Positions 40,536 through 49,285 of a stretch of DNA of 64,000 bases are shown piece after piece; the stretch's first letter is position 1, and every line of letters begins with the position of its first letter. Under the pieces are notes generated by a model. That model did no database searches and was not told where the DNA came from. It saw nothing but the letters and a program-made list of their open reading frames with translations. The position numbers were made by a program, and so were the translations under genes. Source of the DNA: Clostridia bacterium (GTDB lineage Bacteria; Bacillota; Clostridia; UBA1212; DUPL01); contig JBMNIW010000008.1 in assembly GCA_050951325.1 (NCBI GenBank), forward strand, positions 96,266 to 160,265, written 5' to 3'.

Positions 40536-40565
40536 ATTATATCCTACGGTCCATAAAAATACAAA
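40536..40565 (-). promoter_or_regulatory. candidate promoter (TTGTAT-18-TATAAT) of AmmeMemoRadiSam operon
   Basis: Hexamers on minus strand 25-55 nt upstream of ATG 40507. Confidence 0.35.
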
Positions 40566-40596
40566 ACATATAATAAGGGAGCGACAAAGCCGCTCC
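40561..40596 (-). terminator. intrinsic terminator of DUF2935-like gene
   Basis: GGAGCG-gctttgt-CGCTCC hairpin then U-rich on minus strand. Confidence 0.5.
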
Positions 40597-40605
40597 TTGT
40601 AACCT

Positions 40606-41523
40606 TTAACTGTTGAATGCACCCAATATGAACAGGTAATGATTTGCCTCTCTCAAAATATGATCTGCCAAAAGCGGCATTATCATCGACCTCAGCTTGC
40701 AGTCCAGGACAAGGTTCGTAGCAGTATTCTTGAACTGCTTAACCTTCTTCGTTGCATCAAGGCTCTCTTTAGTAAACGAATTGATATTAGGCCTTGATTC
40801 CTTGCATACTTTTTTATTCAGATTGTCAAACAATTTAGCCAGATTTCTTGCGTCGCATATAAGGGGTTCTTCGGTAGGATCAAGAAGACCAGCAACAAAC
40901 TCCATATGCTCTTCCATTCTTTCATTCCAAAAGATTTCTTGTCCCAACAAATCGCGAAAATGCATGCCTCTAAGAAGCGTATCAAGTCTCTTTGCAAAAA
41001 GCCTTGCCTCTTTGGTTATGTGGTCGATTAACAGCGGATATGTAGCCATGAACATGCTGCAGTCAAGCACTCTGTTTAGAAGCATCTCCTTGAACTCAAT
41101 GAACTCAAGAGTAAGTTTATACGCCCTCTTGTTCAAACTGGTCACTGCCTGCTCTGACAAGGGTCTCCTCCTGTCATTAGGGCTTAAGGACAATTCCTTT
41201 CTTGTGATACTCATGTTGAAGGGGATGCATGTGAAACAACTTGAAACCTCTTCAGCTTCCATGGTATGACATGTAACAAACTGTTCCGACTTGACAGCTT
41301 TTCTGCTAACCCTGCCCGGTGCCATATCGGCAGCTTCCGACAAAAGACTTTCATAAGATTCTCTGAAATATTTTGCTTTATCTATACACCTATCTTCCTT
41401 TTGCATAAAAGCAATCTCCAGGAAGAATGCATGTTCTTTCATGATACGTAAAAAGAACAAATTAGTGTCAAGCGAAATCGTAATATATTCACTCAACGAA
41501 AGCATAGAATCCTCCTTTTTCAA
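40606..41523 (-). CDS. DUF2935-like helical protein with three H-x3-E repeats
   Basis: 305 aa; repeats LRIMKEHAFFL / LIDHITKEARLF / LADHILREANHYLF. Confidence 0.4.
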   Translation of the reverse strand: MKKEDSMLSLSEYITISLDTNLFFLRIMKEHAFFLEIAFMQKEDRCIDKAKYFRESYESLLSEAADMAPGRVSRKAVKSEQFVTCHTMEAEEVSSCFTCIPFNMSITRKELSLSPNDRRRPLSEQAVTSLNKRAYKLTLEFIEFKEMLLNRVLDCSMFMATYPLLIDHITKEARLFAKRLDTLLRGMHFRDLLGQEIFWNERMEEHMEFVAGLLDPTEEPLICDARNLAKLFDNLNKKVCKESRPNINSFTKESLDATKKVKQFKNTATNLVLDCKLRSMIMPLLADHILREANHYLFILGAFNS

Positions 41524-41646
41524 TTATTCGCATAGAAAAATATGCTACTACAATATATTCAAAGGAGAAATCATTTGTTAAAAACAGTTGAACGATGAAG
41601 AGATTTGTGATATAATGACGATAAATTAGAAACAGGAGGGAAAATC

Positions 41647-42138
41647 ATGAAAAAAGCATTTTTCTTCATCGTATTAACAATACTAACACTAAGTATGGTT
41701 GCGGTATACGCAAGCAATATTCAGATTACATTGGACAAACAGGAATATGTTGTTGGGGAAACTGTAACAATTACCTACTCAGATGCTGATGGCGATGCCG
41801 AGGCATGGTTTGCCATATACCCACAAGGAGAAGAGCCTTACCAGTCATATCCGGGAACGGAAAAAGTATGGGCTTACGCAAACAGTAATTCTGAACAAGC
41901 TGGTTCAGAACCTGTTACAGAAGGAACTGTAACCCTGAGCACTGAAGGACTTGCTCCAGGCGAATACAGATGCTCATACTTTGTTGACATTGGTTACAAT
42001 GTTGGTGCTACCGTCACTCTAAAGATAGTTGAGGAAAGCACAAACCCGGAAACATCGGACGCCATTGCGTACATACCTTTTATGATTGGAGCAATCTTGT
42101 CACTCATGGTCTTGAAGCGTAAAGCTGTAAACATATAA
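41647..42138 (+). CDS. small secreted protein with C-terminal sortase-type sorting signal (NPETSD + TM + KRK)
   Basis: Signal peptide MKKAFFFIVLTILTLSMVAVYA; C-term NPETSDAIAYIPFMIGAILSLMVLKRKAVNI. Confidence 0.45.
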   Translation: MKKAFFFIVLTILTLSMVAVYASNIQITLDKQEYVVGETVTITYSDADGDAEAWFAIYPQGEEPYQSYPGTEKVWAYANSNSEQAGSEPVTEGTVTLSTEGLAPGEYRCSYFVDIGYNVGATVTLKIVEESTNPETSDAIAYIPFMIGAILSLMVLKRKAVNI

Positions 42139-42183
42139 GCAAAGAGGAAAGGACATATCAAAACACAAATATGTCCTTTTTCC

Positions 42184-43347
42184 TCACCCAATTATTCCAT
42201 ATCTCTCTTTCAGTTTCAGAATCCGGTATACGCTTTCATTTACTCTTTCCTCACTTACTTCACCTCTATTAAACGCATCGAGTAGTGAATTGTAGGCAGC
42301 TTTTCCCTTTTCAATATTCTGAGCACAAAGAATAATATCGCATCCTGCATTAAAGGCCATGACGCTTGCCTGTCCTATTGAATACTCATCACTGATGGCA
42401 TTCATGCCCAAATCATCGGTAATCACAACACCTTTGTAATTCATTTCGTTTCTTAGAAGGTCTGTGACAAGTTTTTTTGACAGTGTACTTGGAAGGGAAT
42501 CTACTTCCTTGACAACAATATGCCCTGTCATTATCATCTCCACATTATTTTTAATAGCTTCCATAAATGGAACAAGCTCAAACCCATAAAGATCATTTAA
42601 ACTCTTCTTCACCACAGGAAGCCCATAATGCGAATCCACACTGGTATCTCCATGGCCAGGAAAATGTTTTGCTGTAGGAATAATTTTATTGTCTCTCAAC
42701 CCTTTTAATACTTCCACTGCCATTTTGCTTACCGTTTCCGGATCCTTTCCATAGGCTCTGTCTGCTATTACGGTATTGTCCGGATTTGAAAAGATATCGC
42801 AAACCGGTGCAAAATTCAGATTGAATCCCATGTCCTTTAATGCAGTGGCGGTTCTTGTACCATAATCGTAGGCGTACTTTGGATCATTCTTCTTCCCTAC
42901 ATCAAGCGCTGATTCAAAGGAGCCGTATTCCTTCGGAAGTCTTGTCACTCTGCCACCTTCTTGATCAACGGAAATGAAAAGAGGAATATTAAAACTGCCT
43001 TGAAGTCTTGCAATATCACCCTTTGTCTCTGACACCGACTTAATGTTCCTGCCAAAAAGAATTACTCCACCAAAACTAATATCGGAATTTATGACCTCAT
43101 CCACACTGCCATACCCGGTTATGACAAGCTGGCCAATCTTCTGCTCTATAGTCATTTTTTCAACCATCTCTATAATCCTGTCCTTCACGGGTTCTTCTGT
43201 CGGAGTTGGCGAAGGAGTACTGGTAGGTTCTGAGGAAGGTGTTGAGATTATAGCTTCAGTGTTTTCCACATCTTCTTCTGAATTAATCATACATGATGAA
43301 AGACTCAATATGAGCACTATCGGGATTATAACTTTAAGAACTTTCAA
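42184..43347 (-). CDS. nagZ: beta-N-acetylhexosaminidase, GH3 family lipoprotein (NagZ/YbbD-like)
   Basis: KHFPGHGDTSVDSH GH3 hallmark, lipobox LSLSSC; likely TTG start ~43347 because an extended -10 TGGTATAAT lies at the upstream ATG 43398. Confidence 0.8.
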   Translation of the reverse strand: MKVLKVIIPIVLILSLSSCMINSEEDVENTEAIISTPSSEPTSTPSPTPTEEPVKDRIIEMVEKMTIEQKIGQLVITGYGSVDEVINSDISFGGVILFGRNIKSVSETKGDIARLQGSFNIPLFISVDQEGGRVTRLPKEYGSFESALDVGKKNDPKYAYDYGTRTATALKDMGFNLNFAPVCDIFSNPDNTVIADRAYGKDPETVSKMAVEVLKGLRDNKIIPTAKHFPGHGDTSVDSHYGLPVVKKSLNDLYGFELVPFMEAIKNNVEMIMTGHIVVKEVDSLPSTLSKKLVTDLLRNEMNYKGVVITDDLGMNAISDEYSIGQASVMAFNAGCDIILCAQNIEKGKAAYNSLLDAFNRGEVSEERVNESVYRILKLKERYGIIG

Positions 43348-43484
43348 AAAATCACCTTCAATTTTTCTTTTAATTATACCATGATAAATTATAACCATTC
43401 TTTACATTGATTTATTTACTTACTGATATATAATTACTATACAGCCTAACATTGGCGAGTTCCGAAGGAAGGGAGCTGATAAAA

Positions 43485-43514
43485 GTGATTAAGTTGAGGT
43501 GGTCTTTGTTCTAG
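43485..43514 (+). other. candidate 9-codon leader ORF (V/MIKLRWSLF) with strong RBS, upstream of terminator hairpin
   Basis: GAAGGAAGGGAG 9 nt before GTG; stop TAG; 30 nt upstream of hairpin 43547-43576. Confidence 0.25.
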
Positions 43515-43546
43515 ACCTTAAACGGAACAAAGAATAAAGGTGAAAT

Positions 43547-43576
43547 CCGGGCGGTGAAAATACCGCCTGGGTTTTG
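43547..43576 (+). terminator. intrinsic terminator/attenuator in leader of small HTH gene
   Basis: CCGGGCGGT-gaaaat-ACCGCCTGG then GTTTTG. Confidence 0.45.
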
Positions 43577-43665
43577 CCGTATTTAAAAACATAGAAAGGG
43601 GGTAATCAGAATGGATATTGGCTTTTACAAACCTGTACAAGTTTTTGTAAAGGAGGAATATTTAA

Positions 43666-43932
43666 TTGGCTTACAAGAATGCGAAAGATTATCTCCCGAA
43701 GGAGCTCCTTTCTGAAGTTCAAAAACACATTCAAGGAGTGCTAGTATACATTCCTACTGACGATTCTGCTAAAAAAGGTTGGGGAAAACTCTCGGGAACA
43801 AGAAAAGAACTTGATAAAAGAAATGCATCAATACGAGAAGACTACAAACAAGGTCTTACAGTTGATGAAATAGCGGACAAATATTATTTATCCGTCGACA
43901 GCATAAGAAAAATTGTATATGGAAAAAAGTGA
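43666..43932 (+). CDS. small DNA-binding protein with sigma-70 region-4-like HTH
   Basis: 88 aa; C-terminal LTVDEIADKYYLSVDSIRKIV HTH; TTG start after AAGGAGG. Confidence 0.45.
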   Translation: MAYKNAKDYLPKELLSEVQKHIQGVLVYIPTDDSAKKGWGKLSGTRKELDKRNASIREDYKQGLTVDEIADKYYLSVDSIRKIVYGKK

Positions 43933-43958
43933 AGCTCTCCGACACTGGAGAGCTCCTT

Positions 43959-44435
43959 TTATAACCTGTATTCCATTTTGTAGCACTGTATTTCCATGCC
44001 CTGTTTTTTGTAAAACTCTATTGCCCTATCATTGAAACTCCATACGTTGAGCTCAATGTTGTAACATCCACACTCTCGTGCAAATTCTACACTGTGGGCA
44101 AAGAGCTTATTGCCGATTCCAGTATTTCTGAAATTTTCATCGATACACAAATCGTCAATATACAGTGTTTTAAAGTTTCTAAAAAGGGATGCCGTTCTCT
44201 GGTCAATGATATAGCTGAACAGGTATCCAAGGACATAGTCATTCTCGTCCACTGCAACGAATACCGCCCTGTCCTCTTCATAAAGGATGTCTCTAACCTC
44301 GTGAGCAGAATACTTCTTTCGACCTTCTCTGAAAAGATCTGGCCTTCCTTTATGATGTTCATTGGCAATAACTTTGAGTAATGCAACTATCCTGTCTATA
44401 TCCTTCTCTTCTGCCCTTCTAACGCTAATCTCCAT
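43959..44435 (-). CDS. GNAT-family acetyltransferase
   Basis: 158 aa; FRNTGIGNKLF acetyl-CoA loop. Confidence 0.7.
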   Translation of the reverse strand: MEISVRRAEEKDIDRIVALLKVIANEHHKGRPDLFREGRKKYSAHEVRDILYEEDRAVFVAVDENDYVLGYLFSYIIDQRTASLFRNFKTLYIDDLCIDENFRNTGIGNKLFAHSVEFARECGCYNIELNVWSFNDRAIEFYKKQGMEIQCYKMEYRL

Positions 44436-44456
44436 AACGCAACCCTCAAATCCACA

Positions 44457-46040
44457 TTATTTCAATACTTCAAAAGCAACGGCAGGATTGTCAGTACCGG
44501 ACACCAAAGTTATCTGGGACGGATCCTCAATTCTAAGGTCATATCCGTAGCGGACGCCTTCAATGTTGTCACCATTGATTATAACCTTGTTGCCTTCAAT
44601 CCCGGCATCTATTTTATCCCATTTTCCATTAATCAATACTTCAAAGCCATTCAGCTTGTCACCATTTACCTTCAAGCCGCCGCCTGCATACATGAACTCA
44701 ATTACAACCTTGTCACTTTCAAAACGGACATCCTTTGGAACAGGACATGCAGCGTTCTCCATATCTCCAATACCATACACAAGAGCTGCTGCTATGTTTG
44801 CAAGCCTGTCGCATATCGGCTTTTTGTAGATAGGATGAGCACCGTCGCTGTCTCCTTCCTGCCAACCGCAGTCCAAAGACGGAACTATCTCATAGTTGTA
44901 CATAATGTCATCAATCCTAACTTTAGCCTGAGCATTCCTCAAATCATTTATTTGATCCCATATTCCTGTTAGCGGTATGTTGCCAGCATAATAACCGTAT
45001 GAGGAGAGCTGCACATTCAGAAAGTAAAAATGTTCTCCAAACCTGTCTCTCAAATCCTGCACATAAGTGTTCAGTGCTTCAGGATACTCCTTGTAGCTGA
45101 CGGTATCAGATTCTCCCTGATAGAAAAGCATTCCCTTTATGCCAAAATCAATAAACGGATGCATGAATGCATTGTATATTCCTGAATCCTTTACAACCAG
45201 CGTGTTAATTGGCAACTGTTTGTTCTTCATGCCTGCAGGGAATTTGTCTACAACCTCTTTCGGTGCAAGATGTGCAAGAGAAGCACCACCACAAGCAACA
45301 TTAACAATTCCTATTGGCACATCCGGATTTAATTCAAGCATCTTGGCTGCAAAGAAATACCCCATCATCGGAGAACTTGTAACAACAGTCCTATCAGCTT
45401 TTTTCCATTTGTACCTTTTTAAAGGATTCTCCTGTGGCTCTTCTAATAATTGGGGAGAGCCAACAAGATCCCAGTTCATTTGAGTGAAATACCTAAGTGG
45501 CATGTCTCTTGATACTTTTTTAAGTTCTTCCGTATAGTGCTTCTGTGCCTCCGGGAAGAACACCAGGTCTGCGTTACTCTGACCATTGATGTACCAGACA
45601 TCACCTATTAAAACATCCTCAAAAATCACATCTGTACCCGGTTCACCCACCACTTTAAGCGAGTGCCCCAGTTCCTTGCTTGCAGGAAGTGTTCCCTGCA
45701 TTACAACTTTCCATTTACCATTTTCAATAACGCCGGAGCCCTTCAAATCCTTAAGGAAAGCATTAACTATGTTTCCATTCTCACTTTCAGGAGCAGTTCC
45801 ATATATAACAATCTCCTGGTCCCTTTGGATTACCATGTTGTCACTGAAAACACCACTGACTGAAAACTCCTTTGCATTACCCTCCTGGAACTCATAGGGT
45901 TCATGAGTAGGATATGGCGTAATGGTTGGTGGAGCTTCTGTACTCTTGTCAGGTTCACCTTCCTCCTTTGAACAAGCTGTAAACACTACAGCCAGCACGA
46001 CAAAAGTAAAAAGCACCATAATTCTGACAAACTTTTTCAT
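44457..46040 (-). CDS. lipoprotein carbohydrate esterase, sialate O-acetylesterase-like (SASA/DUF303 domain)
   Basis: Lipobox VFTAC; VFSDNMVIQRD and INGQSNADL (GQSN catalytic Ser block) motifs. Confidence 0.6.
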   Translation of the reverse strand: MKKFVRIMVLFTFVVLAVVFTACSKEEGEPDKSTEAPPTITPYPTHEPYEFQEGNAKEFSVSGVFSDNMVIQRDQEIVIYGTAPESENGNIVNAFLKDLKGSGVIENGKWKVVMQGTLPASKELGHSLKVVGEPGTDVIFEDVLIGDVWYINGQSNADLVFFPEAQKHYTEELKKVSRDMPLRYFTQMNWDLVGSPQLLEEPQENPLKRYKWKKADRTVVTSSPMMGYFFAAKMLELNPDVPIGIVNVACGGASLAHLAPKEVVDKFPAGMKNKQLPINTLVVKDSGIYNAFMHPFIDFGIKGMLFYQGESDTVSYKEYPEALNTYVQDLRDRFGEHFYFLNVQLSSYGYYAGNIPLTGIWDQINDLRNAQAKVRIDDIMYNYEIVPSLDCGWQEGDSDGAHPIYKKPICDRLANIAAALVYGIGDMENAACPVPKDVRFESDKVVIEFMYAGGGLKVNGDKLNGFEVLINGKWDKIDAGIEGNKVIINGDNIEGVRYGYDLRIEDPSQITLVSGTDNPAVAFEVLK

Positions 46041-46973
46041 AAAACACCTCTTTTAATATTTTTTAAAAAAGAATCAACATCCAGTCTGTCTGGCATTGAT
46101 TCCGATGCACCAAGTTTTGTAACCGACAAGGCAGCGACTGCATTTGCAAATCTTGGCAGCCTCAACAATACCCTTGCCTTCTGCCAACGCAACACAAAAT
46201 CCTCCATTAAACGCATCTCCCGCTCCGGTTGTGTCCACTGCGTTAACCGTATATGCAGGAATAATACAAGCAGCATCCCTTGTTTTAACAAACGCTCCCG
46301 CCTTGCCCAAAGTGATAATTACATTCCCAACACCTTTGGCAATAAACAAATCTGCCATTTTCTCAATGTTTTGAATGGAGTCAGCCTTTAATCCCGAATA
46401 GAACTCCGCTTCTGTTTCATTCGGAGTAAAGTAGTCTATTAACTTAAATATATCGTCATCCAACTCTTTAACAGGAGCAGGATTCAAAACTACTGGTTTA
46501 TTGTACTTTTTGGCAAGCTTGATTGAAGCTATGACTGATTCCATGCTTGCTTCCAATTGCAGAAGAACAATATCACAAGTCTTAAAGTCATTTTCCGCTT
46601 TATACACATCCTCTTCAGTAATGTGGTTGTTGGCCCCTGGCGTTACCAATATTCTGTTTTCAGCACTACTTTTATGTATTTGAATAATTGCAACACCCGT
46701 CTGGTTTTCCTCATCAACAAACACGTACTTGTCAGACATGTTTTCATTCTTGTAATGGTTTAAAGCCACATTACGCAAATAGTCGTTGCCTGTCTTTGTA
46801 ATCAGGACAACCTCCGCACCCAAACGCTTGCATGCAGTTGCCTGGTTTGAACCTTTTCCACCGGGCCCTATTTTCACAGTCTCCCCTATAACAGTTTCCC
46901 CATCTCTAGGAAAACGTGATGTTATGGCTGCAATATCTGTGATATATGAGCCTGTAACAACAATTTTAGCCAT
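46037..46973 (-). pseudogene. rbsK: ribokinase with internal frameshift (~46150-46160)
   Basis: N-terminal 270 aa in one frame (GGKGSNQA, DTTGAGDAFNGG); conserved C-terminus ANAVAALSVTKLGASESMPDRLDVDSFL continues in another frame (ORF 46037-46291); single extra base relative to expected …AAKFANAVAA…. Confidence 0.65.
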
Positions 46974-46977
46974 GGTA

Positions 46978-47625
46978 TCACCGTCCGTTATTCACTATTT
47001 CAACACCGCTTGATGTACCTATCCTGTCACTGCCAGCCTCAATCAATTTTATGGCATCCTCATACGTCCTTATTCCACCCGACGCCTTTATCTTGACACC
47101 GGGCACAATATTTTTCTTCATAATATCAATATCCTCTACCAGAGCTTTTCCCTGTGTCATCCCCGTACAGGTCTTTACAAAATGTGCACCTGCCTGCGAA
47201 GCAAGCCTGCATGCACGCATCTTTTCTTCATCGGTCAAAAGCCCTGTCTCAATTATCACTTTAACAGTCCTGTCTTTTGCTGCTTCTACAACCTGACGAA
47301 TATCTTGCATGACATGATCATCTTTTCCACTCTTCAGCATACCCACATTGATTACCATGTCAAACTCATCACAGCCCATTTTCAAGGTTTCCTCTGTTTC
47401 AAAAACCTTGGTTGAAGTTGTTGTTGCTCCCAAAGGAAACCCTATTACAGTACACACCTTTACATCTGTACCACTCAAAAGCCTTTTGCATAGAGAAACA
47501 TAATACGGGTTTACACAAACAGAATAAAATCCGTATTTCCTTGCCTCCTCACAAAGCCTTTCAATATCACCAACTGTGGCAGTTGACTTCAAATTCGTGT
47601 GGTCAATATATTTGGCAATATCCAT
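46978..47625 (-). CDS. deoC: deoxyribose-phosphate aldolase
   Basis: 215 aa; Schiff-base lysine region VKASGGIRT. Confidence 0.9.
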   Translation of the reverse strand: MDIAKYIDHTNLKSTATVGDIERLCEEARKYGFYSVCVNPYYVSLCKRLLSGTDVKVCTVIGFPLGATTTSTKVFETEETLKMGCDEFDMVINVGMLKSGKDDHVMQDIRQVVEAAKDRTVKVIIETGLLTDEEKMRACRLASQAGAHFVKTCTGMTQGKALVEDIDIMKKNIVPGVKIKASGGIRTYEDAIKLIEAGSDRIGTSSGVEIVNNGR

Positions 47626-47639
47626 CTGCTCTATCCTTT

Positions 47640-48614
47640 CTATAATATCATGCTTAAAATCTCTTCTCTTGAAAGTGTTGAAATCAAGGAAATTGGCACA
47701 TCGATTATGGTATGGCAGCCAATACTTCCTTGTTGTGACAATTTATAAGCAGCTCTTGCATATGCAACCAGAATAGCAGAGGTGAATTCTGGGTTTGACT
47801 CAAGTTTAATGGAAAACTCAATAATATGTTGATTATCTTCCGAAGTCTTGCCACTGGTTATGACAAAACCACCATGAGGAAGCTTTGCATGGTTTTCCAG
47901 AAGCTCTTCTTTGGAAACATACTCTACAAAGGTATCGTAATCAGCAAAATATCCAGGCATGTTTACAATTTCTTTTTTGATTTTCTCCTTGTCAGCTTCT
48001 TCCTTTACCACCACATAACAATGCCTTTCATGCATTTCCCTTTTTGTAAAGTCGGGAGTTTCTCCGTTTCTTACACGATTAACAACATCTTCTACAGGAA
48101 TAGTATATTGTCTTGCATCCAAAACACCATCTACTCTTCTAACTGCATCAGAATGACCCTGACTCACTCCAGGTCCGTAAAATGTATACCCTTTTCCGTT
48201 AGGCAGAATACTCAAACCGAGCAGTCTGTTTAAAGAGAAAATACCCGGGTCCCATCCAACAGAAATTATTGAAACTGTATTGTTTTCCTTTGCTACCTTG
48301 TCCACATTATTAAAATGTTCAGGTATTTTAGAATGATTGTCATAGCTGTCGACTGTATTGAAATATTTAGTGAAATATGGAGTTTGCTCAGGCAGGTCCG
48401 TGGCACTACCTCCACAGAGCACCATAACATCTATCATGTCTTTATACTCAATAACATCGTCAGGATGCAAAACCCTGACGTTTGACATAGTCTTGATATT
48501 TTTTCTTCTTGAAACGATGCAAACCAGCTCCATATCAGGACTGTTTAAAACATGCATCTCACTTGCCTTTCCCAAATTTCCGTATCCTACTATTCCTACT
48601 CTGATTTTACTCAT
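47640..48614 (-). CDS. ddh: meso-diaminopimelate D-dehydrogenase
   Basis: 324 aa; near-collinear with Corynebacterium Ddh (RVGIVGYGNLG…CGGSATD…VGWDPGIFS…GPGVSQGHSDA…HGGFVIT). Confidence 0.85.
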   Translation of the reverse strand: MSKIRVGIVGYGNLGKASEMHVLNSPDMELVCIVSRRKNIKTMSNVRVLHPDDVIEYKDMIDVMVLCGGSATDLPEQTPYFTKYFNTVDSYDNHSKIPEHFNNVDKVAKENNTVSIISVGWDPGIFSLNRLLGLSILPNGKGYTFYGPGVSQGHSDAVRRVDGVLDARQYTIPVEDVVNRVRNGETPDFTKREMHERHCYVVVKEEADKEKIKKEIVNMPGYFADYDTFVEYVSKEELLENHAKLPHGGFVITSGKTSEDNQHIIEFSIKLESNPEFTSAILVAYARAAYKLSQQGSIGCHTIIDVPISLISTLSREEILSMIL

Positions 48615-48667
48615 ATTTTTCCTCCAATATTAGACTACTGACTAATTATAGCATAAAAACTCAAATC

Positions 48668-49285
48668 TTACTTGCTTTTTCTATCGGTTTTGTCAATATA
48701 TATTCCAAAGATAAAAGCAGCTATTGCAAAACCAAAAAACCAACCACCAAGAACATCAAAGGCATAATGTACTCCCAGATATATTCTGGTTATACCTATA
48801 GAGATAAACATTATTACACATAAAGCAGAAATAGTCACCTTCAAATATTTATTCTTCAAGTGCCTGTAAGCCAAGAAAGCAAACATTGTGTAAAGTGTCG
48901 CACTTACCATTGAATGTCCGCTAGGAAAACTATATCCAGTTTCATTAACAAGCCTCAGTACATCCGGTCTTTCCCTCATAAAAACAACTTTTAGCAAGTT
49001 ATTGATGACGGTGGATGCAATAACTGCAGATATAACAGGAAGTGCTATTGTTTTCCTGGAAGCAGGAATAATAATCAAAGCCAGACATATCAGAACAACA
49101 GATATCGTGTCACCTCTTCTGGTTATGAAAGTTGCCACTTTGTTCATCGCAGGCGACATGTGCCTTGACACAATTTCATATGCCCAATTCTCAAAAGTCT
49201 CATTCAATCCCGCCAGCAGAAGTATCGTTACTATAGCAAACATTGTTAAAGGAATGACCCAAATCAATATTTTCTTCTTATTCAT
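48668..49285 (-). CDS. PAP2-family membrane phosphatase (undecaprenyl-PP/phosphatidate phosphatase-like)
   Basis: KxxxxxxRP, PSGHS and SRxxxxxHxxxD-type blocks (FPSGHSMVSAT…GVHYAFD). Confidence 0.75.
   Translation of the reverse strand: MNKKKILIWVIPLTMFAIVTILLLAGLNETFENWAYEIVSRHMSPAMNKVATFITRRGDTISVVLICLALIIIPASRKTIALPVISAVIASTVINNLLKVVFMRERPDVLRLVNETGYSFPSGHSMVSATLYTMFAFLAYRHLKNKYLKVTISALCVIMFISIGITRIYLGVHYAFDVLGGWFFGFAIAAFIFGIYIDKTDRKSK

Noticed and set aside
43611-43715. Alternative 34-codon ORF (MDIGFYKPVQVFVKEEYLIGLQECERLSPEGAPF) with good RBS overlapping the start of the small HTH gene
   Set aside because: It is in a different frame from the HTH protein and would end within it. It could be a translational-coupling uORF, but the HTH frame has clear domain features. 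Kept as part of the leader finding only.
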